A stretch of DNA of 64,000 bases, taken from NCBI GenBank assembly GCA_008690995.1, contig VRMN01000004.1, positions 620,001 through 684,000 of the forward strand, read 5' to 3'. The notes under the pieces are model-generated. The model saw only the letters and a program-made list of their open reading frames with translations. It was not told where the DNA came from and ran no database searches. This document shows positions 39,109 to 49,370 of this stretch, one piece after another; the first letter of the stretch is position 1, and each line of letters opens with the position of its first letter. The DNA is from Porphyridium purpureum (Eukaryota). The position numbers were made by a program, and so were the translations under genes.

Positions 39109-41880
39109 TCACGCCGGATTGGCAAGCTCGACCGTGGGATAAACGTCAATGGTCGGACTGATAAAGTTGCCCTCGCCAAGGATGTCCAGGCCAGACTTGC
39201 TCAGCGCGTTCGCGCAGCCTTGCTTCCGGTTTTCCGAGAAGAAGCCCTTGAAGTCGGCCAGATCGACGGCGTCAAAGCAAGACGCCGGGAGGAAAAAGCC
39301 GCTGTAGCCGGGCATGTTCAGCGGGATCGACTTGCGCGACTTTTGGCCGAGCGGCTCGCGGCAGACCTTGGACACGTCCGCTGGACCAGTTTCAGTGTGA
39401 CTTCTGCGACACGCCGCAGACGACGCGCTGCCGTCCGAAATGTACGTCACGCCGCCCGGCAGGAGCGGATTCGGACCGGCCTCGATCGACATGCCGGCCG
39501 ACGTGATCAAATGCACTTGGACGTCCGTACCATTATAGTCGCTTTCGAGTGCGGAATGCAGCGCGCCTTCAGCGTGGTCGAGGCAAATCTCAATGCCAAT
39601 CCGGATTCCGTCCACTTCGAGCACGTTGTTCTCCACGAGCGTCATGTTGCGCTTCTTAAATTCTTTCCGCGCCCAATCTGAGAACACTCCATATTCCGTG
39701 ATGCCTAATCGTCTTGGGTTCGGCAGCTTCACGCGATCAAGAAAGTCGATGCCAGAGACGTATTGCTTCGTTACTAGGTATCGCTCTTGCCATCGGGAAC
39801 CGCCCTTGACAATTGGGGCAAAGTTGAAAAAGGCAACGCCGCCGTGCTCCTTAGCATATGTGCTTGTGTCGTTGTAGATAAGCACGGTGCCAAAGACAAA
39901 CAACCAGTCCTCAAACTCGTCGCGCTCCGCGATGGAACTAAGTGCCGAGTTCAGACTCACGAGCGCTCCCGTGTCGTTGAACATGGTGTCCGATCGGTAG
40001 GCGCCTTCGGGACCTCTCCAGTAAAACTCTGGCAGCGACATGATCTTCAGCGTGCGCGGCGATGGATCGATAACGTCATGCGAGTCCTCTTCCATGTGCC
40101 GCTTGATCGATCCCAGCGCTTTCTCAAGGATTTGGTACCGTGCTAGCACGTCTTCCGTATGATTCTTTGCTCCTAAATAGCACGTGCCTATGTCCGAGAC
40201 CACCGACTGTGACGAGCACTCTCCCTCGCTCGCGACTCCGCCAAACGTGTTCAGAGTAAACGCAATGAACTGCGTCGCATTGTATCGTCCCGTTGTCTGC
40301 TCACTCCTGTGCTTGATTCGCCGTTCTTCCTTGCCAAACGGTGGATTGAGCATGTCGCCAATTTCGGCGGCAGGTAGTTTCACGGACGGGTAAAAGTCTA
40401 AACTGGGCAAAACCTTATCTTCCGGATCATAAGCGTCGTGCAAGCCGTAGTGATGGAGCGTCCAGCCACAGCCTTGCTTGCGATACCGACTGAAGACGCC
40501 TTGCAAAGATGCCGAAGACACGGCCGTAAAACAGCTGGCAGCAGGAAAGAAGCCCGAGTACTGATCGAGACCCCAAGGGATCGACTTGAGGTCATCACGA
40601 TCGTTTTTGCGACACGATGTGTCTGGATTGAACTTGTTCAGGTTTCCAAAACGCCTGCACGCGGCCGATGTAGCACTCGCACCGTCTACCATATAAGTCA
40701 CGCCATAGGGAGAAACAGGATTCACACCATCCTCAATTTCGACACCTGCAGACACGATAACGTGCACGTGGACGGCCTTGTCCTTTCCTTCGGCCTCGAG
40801 TTCTGTCAGGAGTACATTCTGTGAATGCTCGTGTGAAATTTCGATCCCTACTCGGATCCCCTCAACTACGATGACCTTTTCGTGGCGCAGCACGGTGATG
40901 TTGTTCTCCTTGAGACGTCTGTGCGCCTCAGACCCAGCGGTCAGCTGCACGATGGCACCCGGGGCATCGCGCGTGTCATGGTGAAAATGATGATGATGAT
41001 GAGACTCAGGATGGTGGTGATCGTGTGCTGAACTATTCGCAAGCACCTGATTAGAGATGAACTCCTTTTTCATGAGAATTTTTTTCCCTCCAGGTCCCCC
41101 GCGAATAATCGGCGCCACGGTCGCAAACGCCACCTCACCCTTGCGCAACTTGTGGCTGCCTGCCGAAGTATCATTGTAGAAGAGCATGGTGCCGAGAATG
41201 AAGAGCCAGTCCTTGTACCGCGGATGCTGCAGCACTTCGAGCGTGCTCCGCAACATGAGATTGATAGGCGAGTTCTGATCCATGAGCGAATGGCTTTTGT
41301 AGGCACCATACTGTCCTCCACCATGCCAGTACAAGTCAGGCATGGCAAAAATCTTGAGGACGTTCTCCGCCGGATCGACGAGTGAGTGACCCACCTTGTG
41401 GTTCTCCAACTCATCCTCGAGCATATGCTCATTCATTGCAAAGAGCGCTTCCGCCATCACAGAGAACCTTCGTCCGATGTCCACAAATGGGTCCTCGTAA
41501 CCAAGCAAGCAGTGCCCATCGCGTTTCTGGAATCCTGCTTCGCATTCGATGCCTTTCTCCAAGCCTCCCATTGTGTTGATCGTGAAGCTAATGAACTGGG
41601 TGAAGTCATACTTGCCCGAGACGGAAGAACCCGGCGTCTTGCTCTGCCGCAATTCCATATGCACTGTACGAGTGTCGGTGCTCGCGTCGGCGCCCACATG
41701 CTGCGTACCCTTCACGTCCGATCGAAGCCGATCTGGCGCCACGGCAATCCACGCGAACGCGCAGCACAGCAGCACGCTGACGCCTACCCCCCACGGCACG
41801 AGCTGTGCGCGCGTCAGACGTGCCGGCGTCCATCGCGCATGACGATCCACGCGCTCCCCGCTCAACAACCCGTGCTCCAT
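39109..41880 (-). CDS. Type II membrane protein with two tandem nitrilase/carbon-nitrogen-hydrolase-like domains
   Basis: N-terminal TM helix. Clear internal duplication (TQFISFTINTMGG / TQFIAFTLNTFGG; GIRVGIEISHEH / GIRIGIEICLDH). Domain 2 has the Glu-Lys-Cys triad (LPEF, TKQY, ICLD). Confidence 0.72.
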   Translation of the reverse strand: MEHGLLSGERVDRHARWTPARLTRAQLVPWGVGVSVLLCCAFAWIAVAPDRLRSDVKGTQHVGADASTDTRTVHMELRQSKTPGSSVSGKYDFTQFISFTINTMGGLEKGIECEAGFQKRDGHCLLGYEDPFVDIGRRFSVMAEALFAMNEHMLEDELENHKVGHSLVDPAENVLKIFAMPDLYWHGGGQYGAYKSHSLMDQNSPINLMLRSTLEVLQHPRYKDWLFILGTMLFYNDTSAGSHKLRKGEVAFATVAPIIRGGPGGKKILMKKEFISNQVLANSSAHDHHHPESHHHHHFHHDTRDAPGAIVQLTAGSEAHRRLKENNITVLRHEKVIVVEGIRVGIEISHEHSQNVLLTELEAEGKDKAVHVHVIVSAGVEIEDGVNPVSPYGVTYMVDGASATSAACRRFGNLNKFNPDTSCRKNDRDDLKSIPWGLDQYSGFFPAASCFTAVSSASLQGVFSRYRKQGCGWTLHHYGLHDAYDPEDKVLPSLDFYPSVKLPAAEIGDMLNPPFGKEERRIKHRSEQTTGRYNATQFIAFTLNTFGGVASEGECSSQSVVSDIGTCYLGAKNHTEDVLARYQILEKALGSIKRHMEEDSHDVIDPSPRTLKIMSLPEFYWRGPEGAYRSDTMFNDTGALVSLNSALSSIAERDEFEDWLFVFGTVLIYNDTSTYAKEHGGVAFFNFAPIVKGGSRWQERYLVTKQYVSGIDFLDRVKLPNPRRLGITEYGVFSDWARKEFKKRNMTLVENNVLEVDGIRIGIEICLDHAEGALHSALESDYNGTDVQVHLITSAGMSIEAGPNPLLPGGVTYISDGSASSAACRRSHTETGPADVSKVCREPLGQKSRKSIPLNMPGYSGFFLPASCFDAVDLADFKGFFSENRKQGCANALSKSGLDILGEGNFISPTIDVYPTVELANPA

Positions 41881-43927
41881 CCCTTCTCCAAAGCCCTACC
41901 GCCCGAGCTTCTGTCCAGTGTCGCTGCGTATGCCATAGTCACGACTCCGTTGCAACTCACCATGTCAATTCCAAATCGCATCTTTGCGCAAAAGGTATCG
42001 GAATCCTTTTTGTCCTCCACGTACAGTTAGACATGACCGATCTTCATGGCAGAGTTTACTCGTGCGTCGCAAAGTTGGTAAAAAGCAAGTGTCGATGTGA
42101 TGACACCTTCTGGGTCGTCCATAACAAAAGACTTACCCGGCCGCTCAAAGCCATGGATGGTGACAACCTCTCAGCGCCAGCAGGAAGGCACAAACGAGTG
42201 AGATCGGAGAAAGATCCACAGAGTTTGCCTGAAAAGAAAAATAAAAAATAGAAGGCCGTCTTGCTTTCCCGGCGGCATAGCCAACTGAATTATCCTGTTT
42301 GGCATGCTATCAAAAACATAGTCAACGCGAGAATTTTCCTGCTTGCTTCCTCAACTGCCTTGGGATACCTTTTCACAATGGATGTGCTGCTTGAATGGCC
42401 TGGAAAAACCTGCCGTATCTAACAGTCACAGACATTATCTTTTGGATTTGGGTAGTGCAAAAGCGCAGTCCTATCCAGCACTGCCATCATAATACCATTC
42501 AAGCAGTCGAACACCAACTGGGCCACGTGAAAAGCAGCTTCGTCTTCTAGACATTTGGTGTTGAAGAGCTTCTTTTCACTCTTCGCAATGACCCAAGGCT
42601 TGTTCAACATTTTCACATGTCTTACGTCGATTTAACCACCTGGAAAATAGTCATTGGCAAACAAAAGAGCAACGTTCCAGTTGCCAATTATTGCTTTGAT
42701 GACTGTCAATTACTTTCCTCCACAAATGCAACTGGAACATGCAGCTGACACACTCTCGGGGTCCGGTCAATAGAGTTTGAAGCCATAATTATCGTCAAGA
42801 TTTCTCATTTTCCCGTCCAGTAATACAAGATCCTGCAAGTCCGCTTGTTTCCAGTAGTGACGAAGCTTATATCGGACAAGGACCTACCTAGGACGACATT
42901 GCAAGCGCACCTTTCTCGTGTGCATCTTCCGCATGTGCCCATCTTCGATGGCAGCTCTGTCCCTTTGCACTGGAGCCGCTTTAGCCCGAACTGACTGGAC
43001 GCCTGCATCAAGCTCGCCTGCCCAACCTAACAGCCATTTCCGAACAAGTGACGAAGCGAGTCAGGTGTCAATATTGTAAAATTCTGCTTGGGTCCTCCGT
43101 TGTCGTTCATACTGAGGCGTCACAGAGGGTTTCTCGCTCGCAGATGATTGGACGGTGAATCCGACAAGGGCAAACGCGCGTGCTACACTGCAGTATTGAC
43201 ATGAAACCAAACGTGGCTTCCTTTCTCAAATGGCTGCGTCGAGCGCAAAGGCCTTCGAAATGTCCATTTGCAGTCATGAGTATCGAGTGAAGCTCCCGTG
43301 TCGTTCAATCGAACCATGCTGCGCACTTCATGCGAGCGGTTCTTCGAATCCACCTGCTCGCTTCACGAATACTGTACCTCCTTCTCGCATTACAGATCTT
43401 CCACAAATAACGCCATTTTGCCAGAAATTGCCGGGATTGTAAAGCAATGTCTGTGCAAAACGGTTGCCCGCGATAGGGCCTGTCGCATTGCGGTTGAGAC
43501 GTGTCGACACCATAACAAAACGCCTGCGTTTTGATGATTCCGCACATTCCACGTCTCCCGAAACATCCAATAACATGCAACGTCTTTTCACATTCCTTTG
43601 TAATGCAATGAACGCACAAATCTGTCCGATAAAAACGAGCTTTGCACGATAAAGAAACATTCTCAGAAATTTGTGTGGAATTTGTGAGGAATTTGGCGAG
43701 AAACCCAAAAAGGGAGAAAACGGAGAAAACGGCTCGCTCGCTGGCGGGCAAGTTGGCTGGCTGGGAGGCGGGGTTGGGGAGAAATGGGACGCGCCGAACT
43801 GACATTTGGTGATCGCGAAGGCTTTGCGAGCGATGTGTGCGACGTTCTCCCGCATTCCAGGTGTTAAGCGATAGTCGTTCGGCTGCGTGGCGAAGTGGAC
43901 CAAAGGTCAAAGTCGGTGTCGGCGGTG

Positions 43928-43937
43928 TATAAAAAAA
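43928..43937 (+). promoter_or_regulatory. Candidate TATA box
   Basis: TATAAAAAAA, 28 bp upstream of ATG 43956. Confidence 0.35.
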
Positions 43938-43955
43938 CGAGTGGACGCGGCAACG

Positions 43956-45128
43956 ATGGCTGCGTTTGGTGTGCGAGTGAGTGTGGTGGAGTGGGGTAGA
44001 CTACAGGACGCAAGCCGTGTCACAAAGATTGGGAGCGTGTGGGTTGCGGCAAGGACGAGTCAGCGGGCGAGTCTTTCTACAGGAAGGATAAGCGTGAAGG
44101 CACAAGCCGGGGCTGAAGCGGGGGTAGAGGCAGGCCAGGTGAAGCAGCAGAAAGCAGACAAGATGGTTGCCGGAACGCATTTGGCCGCGATGGACGATGT
44201 TTCCCAGAAGGGTGAGTTCAAGCGTAAGGATGCCGCGTTCCGAGATTGGATTTCGGCAGATCCGAGCGCCAAGTACCCAGCGGAGGCCGGGCGTTATCGG
44301 CTTTACGTCTCGTACGCGTGCCCCTGGGCGCACCGTACGCTTATTACGCGCAAGCTCAAGGGCCTCGAGGACGTGATTGATGTGCGCGTGGTCAACCACT
44401 ACATGGGTGACATGGGATGGACTTTTCCTGACCAGGAGAATGACGGTGCGACACCGGAAGACCTCTTCGGGTTCAAGAGCATTCGCGAGTTGTATTTCAA
44501 GGCGTGCCCCGAGTATGGCGGCCGCTTCACGGTACCGGTGCTGTGGGACAAGAAGACCAACTCGATTGTGAGCAACGAATCCAAGGAAATCATTGTGATG
44601 CTCAACAGGGAGTTCCAGGAATTTGCGGCCAACTCAAAGGTGGACCTGTTGCCCGCGGAACATGCGCAAAAGATAGAGGCGCTCGCGGAGCACTTGTACA
44701 CCATTAACAATGGCGTGTACCGCTGCGGGTTTGCTCGCTCGCAAGAGGCATACGACGAGGCTCTGCGCGAACTGTTCGCATGTCTGGACGAGGCAGAGGA
44801 AATACTGTCCAAGTCGCGCTATATTTACGGCAATATGTTGACTCTGGCCGATGTGCGTTTGTGGACGACACTCATTCGCTTCGATATGGTATACGTTGGC
44901 CATTTCAAAACGAACTTAAGGCGGATCCAGGACTACCCAAACCTGTATAACTATATGCTGGAGCTGTACCAGATGGACGCATTCAGGAGCACGACAAATT
45001 TCACGCATATCAAGCACCATTACTATGGAAGTCACCCCTCGATCAACCCGTTTGGAGTTATTCCAGGGGGTCCGCTTCTCGATTTCGACGTGCCACATGA
45101 TCGCAACGAGAAGTTCCCAATCGCCTAG
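43956..45128 (+). CDS. Glutathionyl-hydroquinone reductase (Xi-class GST, YqjG/ECM4-like) with a plastid-type transit peptide
   Basis: Motifs GRYRLYVSYACPWAHRT, RFTVPVLWDKK..IVSNES, NNGVYRCGFA, HIKHHYYGSH..INP. The leader starts MAAF. Confidence 0.92.
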   Translation: MAAFGVRVSVVEWGRLQDASRVTKIGSVWVAARTSQRASLSTGRISVKAQAGAEAGVEAGQVKQQKADKMVAGTHLAAMDDVSQKGEFKRKDAAFRDWISADPSAKYPAEAGRYRLYVSYACPWAHRTLITRKLKGLEDVIDVRVVNHYMGDMGWTFPDQENDGATPEDLFGFKSIRELYFKACPEYGGRFTVPVLWDKKTNSIVSNESKEIIVMLNREFQEFAANSKVDLLPAEHAQKIEALAEHLYTINNGVYRCGFARSQEAYDEALRELFACLDEAEEILSKSRYIYGNMLTLADVRLWTTLIRFDMVYVGHFKTNLRRIQDYPNLYNYMLELYQMDAFRSTTNFTHIKHHYYGSHPSINPFGVIPGGPLLDFDVPHDRNEKFPIA

Positions 45129-45164
45129 CGCAGTCCAGTGATAGATTGGACAGCATGTTCACAA

Positions 45165-47270
45165 TTAGTCTCGCGGCGGAGCGTACGCACCGGCGCCGAA
45201 AAGTAGATTTTTCCGTGTGAAACGAACAAATTGCACGGGCGTGTTTTTGGTCCTCATTGTGCGCAGCGGCGACGAGGTTTTTGTGTTCTTCATGTGCTTT
45301 GTCGCATGTACGGTGCTTGCTGCCGTGCCAGCTGCCGACGCGGATACCATGGAACCTGTGTGTGCTTCCCAAATGCGCACAGTGCAATCAGCGCTGCCAG
45401 ACGCAAGGAGTGATCCGTCCATGGAATACGCCAGCGACCATATGCTGTCCTCGTGGCCTTTCAGGGTCTGGATCTTGCGCCCCGATGAAATATCCCATTC
45501 CTCAATCACTTGACCTTCTCCGGCCATGGCCAATTTGGACCCATCCGGAGAGGTGGCGAGGGCGCCCACCGCACCGTCCTGTAGCCCAAACAGGCGAACG
45601 GCATCACCCGTACGGACGTCCCACATGCGTGCCGACCGATCCGAGGAACCCGAGAACACATAATTGCAGTTGACGTGCCACGCCACGCAGTCGACATCGG
45701 CCAAGTGGCCCGCGAAGATGCGCAGCGGAGAGATGTGATCCGTAGACCACAGCCTCGCGCTTCTGTCGTGCCCACCCGATACAAAGTAGTAGCCAAGCGG
45801 ACTGAACGAAACACACCACACCGGATAATTGTGTCCACGATAAGCTACAAGGTCAGTCTTCAACGCATTACTCCACAAGCGAATTGAGCCGTCCTCTGAA
45901 GAGCTGAGTGAGTATCGATTATCCGGCGACACCGAAACGTCATAAACTGGACCTTGGTGTCCAATGCATGTGCTGCAGGTGCCTGCCTTGACGTCCCACA
46001 TGCGCACAGTCGAGTCCTCAAAACCCGCGACCAACATGGACGCGTCTGGGGCTGCGTCCACGCAGTGCACCCCGCAACCCGCGGTATTCGTGAATGTATA
46101 GAACAGTGCTGAAGGTAGACATGTCCGGGAAAGGGCATGACGGTTTTTGATGTCGTCCGGCGTTTCCAAACCCTGCGCGCCCAAGCGAAATTTGGGCAGA
46201 GGAACTGGTGAGCTGGAGATGGTTCCGTCCGCCTCCGTGACAGCCGGTTTTTCCTCCTCGCCCTGATCACCGTCTGGAGCGGCGGCGGCGGCCGCCGCTT
46301 CGGTTGTCGCGGCTGGGTCGTCAGGCACAATGTACTGAGTAGGTTTGAGGCGACCCCACAGCACCGTCTTGGAGGCGATCAGATCCTCTTGTTCGCTTCC
46401 GCGTACGAAGCCGCTGGGCCTGCCCGACGCCGCTGCGGTTCTGGCAGCGCCCTTGTTTGCAATTGCACTGGCGATGACTGCGCCTGGCGCGCGAGGCACC
46501 TCGAATTTCACGCGGCAGCGTTGATTAAGGATACGTAGTAAAATAGTGCGGCTCGGATCGTCCGTCAAAAAGCCAATCAGCAGCTCAAACGCAAATGGCG
46601 TGAGGTAAATTTCGTACCGCTCCTTCAGGAAGCGACTGGATACCTCATTCTCCTCCATGTGCTGGATGGATGCGACGCCGGCCAGATGCAAGAGCTCATC
46701 CAGGTTGGATGCATTGAGCGTGCCGGACATTTTGAGCTCGGCACCTGCACGTTCGAGAAAGGTCTTACCCTCTGTGACGTAGCCGCGGCGTACGAGCTCC
46801 AAGAAGCAGTGCACAAGCATCGGGTAGAGCACACTGTGAAGCTCGCCTTTGTACAATTCCAGCGAGCTGTCGACCCACTTTTGCAGAACAAAGTAAGCGT
46901 GCTCAATGACCTGCGGGTCGAGCTCGGCCGCTGCATTTGCGCTCCTCTGCGTCATGAGCAAAATCACGTTGCGCAGCTCCTCATCTGTCCCTTGCGGCTC
47001 TGCCGTCCACTTGACCGGCGCCGGCGCGCGGTGGGCTGCGTCACCAGCCGCCGCTGCGGCCAGTACGATTTCCTGCGCCCCAGCTCCATCGCCATCACTC
47101 CCACTAGCCGCCGGCAACCGGGACGCCAGCGTCTCCTGCAGCAGCGCGTACTCTGCCTTCTTATAATTTCGTGCGCGCAAGTATGCGATCAGCGCGCTTG
47201 ATCCGTCGAGACCCGACCCAAGTCCCGGACCCATGGCATCACCACCCGTACCATCATAACTCCCCGCCAT
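45165..47270 (-). CDS. TAF5: TFIID subunit TAF5 (LisH, NTD2, WD40)
   Basis: LIAYLRARNYKKAE (LisH), WVDSSLELYK.EL..VLYP..VHCFLELV (NTD2), WD40 repeats YRGHNYPVW and PLRIFAGHLADVDCV. Confidence 0.92.
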   Translation of the reverse strand: MAGSYDGTGGDAMGPGLGSGLDGSSALIAYLRARNYKKAEYALLQETLASRLPAASGSDGDGAGAQEIVLAAAAAGDAAHRAPAPVKWTAEPQGTDEELRNVILLMTQRSANAAAELDPQVIEHAYFVLQKWVDSSLELYKGELHSVLYPMLVHCFLELVRRGYVTEGKTFLERAGAELKMSGTLNASNLDELLHLAGVASIQHMEENEVSSRFLKERYEIYLTPFAFELLIGFLTDDPSRTILLRILNQRCRVKFEVPRAPGAVIASAIANKGAARTAAASGRPSGFVRGSEQEDLIASKTVLWGRLKPTQYIVPDDPAATTEAAAAAAAPDGDQGEEEKPAVTEADGTISSSPVPLPKFRLGAQGLETPDDIKNRHALSRTCLPSALFYTFTNTAGCGVHCVDAAPDASMLVAGFEDSTVRMWDVKAGTCSTCIGHQGPVYDVSVSPDNRYSLSSSEDGSIRLWSNALKTDLVAYRGHNYPVWCVSFSPLGYYFVSGGHDRSARLWSTDHISPLRIFAGHLADVDCVAWHVNCNYVFSGSSDRSARMWDVRTGDAVRLFGLQDGAVGALATSPDGSKLAMAGEGQVIEEWDISSGRKIQTLKGHEDSIWSLAYSMDGSLLASGSADCTVRIWEAHTGSMVSASAAGTAASTVHATKHMKNTKTSSPLRTMRTKNTPVQFVRFTRKNLLFGAGAYAPPRD

Positions 47271-47841
47271 CCAAACCTTGCTCGGCACAGAGGCTTCACG
47301 AACCTTCGTAGCCGCGCTCCACCGCCACGCTCGCCCGCACCCTATCTACACTCCATGCATCCACCGATCGACGCCGCCACCCACTGCGCGCTGCTCCCGG
47401 GTTCCGTCTCTGCACGCGCGCTCGGTGTTGCCTCTTCTCCCAGCAGAACCGCGAAGTACAGCGACGCTTCTCGCGACGAATGTTGACGGCTGGCACAGAT
47501 GAACGCGTTGCGTCTCACTTGGAGAGACGTGTACGGTGGAAAAGTGCGCGCCGTGTGAAGCCACGTGCGTGCGTTTACGCATGCGACAAATCATCTCGAA
47601 CGAAGATGCGTCGAACGTATCCTGAGGCGACAGCTTTCGCGGTGACGAAGCGTCACAGGCCGGCTGGACGGCTGGCGTGCAGAAACGTGCCCGCATCGTT
47701 CGGCATGACCCACAGTGAAGATGATCCGACGCAGACCTGTTGCACGTGTTGCGTGCGCAGTTTGGCGGTCAATGCGCTGGATCGGCTGCAGACTCTTGAG
47801 CACATCTGCATCGCAACTTCGACCCGAAACATGATCCCACT

Positions 47842-48119
47842 AGTAGAGGAATACGTCCTCCTCGATGGCCAACGGAGTGGTGCGGCGATCGAGCTCACGC
47901 GTACGCGCTGTTCGTGTGCGCGTGAAGGGTGTGGCAGTGCCGCAGTAACCAACAAACACAGCTTTACTGGTAGTCGACGAGCACGCTCCAAGAAAACACT
48001 CCTTACCCGAAAGAGCGGGCTAGTGAGACCGTCCACGCTCTCCGGCCGCTTACAATCGCGGCGCGCTCCTCTACCCATACTGTACAGACCAACAAGGTGT
48101 ACACCCAGTGTACACTACA
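47842..48119 (-). repeat. 3' LTR (278 bp)
   Basis: Direct repeat of 54662-54932 plus 56283-56289, differing at only 4 positions. Confidence 0.95.
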
Positions 48120-48121
48120 CA

Positions 48122-48130
48122 CTCCTTCGC
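48122..48130 (-). other. Polypurine tract (PPT) of the Copia element
   Basis: Minus strand reads GCGAAGGAG-TG immediately before the LTR start TGTAG. Confidence 0.6.
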
Positions 48131-48205
48131 CGCGATGGAAGCTACCACCCGCTCCACACAAGCCACCCGACGGCGAAGCGAGTCACACGAGACGATGCGT
48201 ACGCC

Positions 48206-49370
48206 CTACGGTTCTTGCGCTGTCGGCGCACGCCCGAGGATCATATCACGGAGGTGTGCGAACCTCTTTCCCTGCAGCGGTTTGGTCAGCAGGTCCGCGA
48301 TCATGACCTCGGTGCTACAATGTACCATCGTCGCGACTCGCCTCTTCAGCAGATCGTGCGTGAAGAAGTGTTTGATCGCGATGTGGCGCGACCTACGCGA
48401 GGTCGCCCGACCGTGTGCAAGGAGAGACATGGTCGCCTCGTTGTCCTGGTGTAGGCGTACGCCAGCTGTGCGGATGCCCTGCGCCTCGAGGAAGTTCCGC
48501 GTCCATATCGCTTGCCCGATCACATCGCTCACGCCCACCAGTTCCGCTTCGGTGGAGCTCTTTGTGTTGAGCTTCTGCTTGACACTGGTGGCGTACGCCG
48601 CGCCGCGGCCCAGGCTCACAACGCCACCCGTGTGGCTCCTCATGTTCGCATGTGTCGCGAATGAGGCGTCGACATAGCACTCTACGTGCGGCTCCGCATG
48701 GCTCGCGCAATCGGGCTCGCGCTCGTCTGCAACCCAACCCGTGCCCAGCTCCAGCCTCATGTCTCGCGTCTTGTTGAGGTACCTCAGCAGGCGGGTCAGC
48801 TTCGCGCGGTCATTCTCGCCCGGGGCCTGTACTCGCGTAGCCAGAAACGCTACCGCAGTGAGCAGGTCCGGGCGTATGCGCTTCGCGAGGTATAGTACCT
48901 TTGCGGTGGCGCTGTGGAACGCCTCCTTGTCGTGCGACGTCAGTAACTGCGACTCGTCATCCACGAACAACCCGGCTTGAGCGGGCGTGTCTGCGGTACC
49001 GCGTACGTCATTCTCTCGCAGTAAAGAGTCTACAAACCCGCCCATCCCGATGCGCACCACCCCCGGGGAGGTATAGTCAAACTCCATCCCCAGGTAGCTG
49101 TGTGTGCGCCCTCGGTGCTCCTGCAGCGACGGAAACCTTTCGCGTACGCGCGCCACCACTTCATCAATCGCTTGCTCGCTTTCTGCGATCAGCTCCACGT
49201 CGTCCACGTGCACAAGCGCTGTGACGGAAGGCTCGCCCGTACGGGAGACTTTCCGCAAGACACAAGCGTCGTAAGCATTCTGTTCGAATCCGAGCTCGCT
49301 CAACATTTCGCAGAGGTGGTCATACCAACGCTTGGACGCATCGATGCATCCATACAACGGGCGCTTCAAC
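48206..49370 (-). CDS. Copia pol, C-terminal part (RT remainder and RNase H)
   Basis: Motifs LKRPLYG, HVDD, YLGM, RPDL, YVDASF, SSTEAE, QDN, ADLLTKPL. Rejoins in frame with the upstream part once the Merlin element is removed. Confidence 0.93.

Noticed and set aside
42000..43300. Lower-GC gap with a fragment (LLHYPNPKDNVC) faintly like a Gypsy RT-RNase H linker
   Set aside because: Many stops and no diagnostic motif such as YxDD or TDAS recovered; a translated search would be needed.
47480..48454. 324-aa plus-strand ORF spanning flank, LTR and pol antisense
   Set aside because: It crosses an insertion junction, so it is a chance GC-rich open frame.
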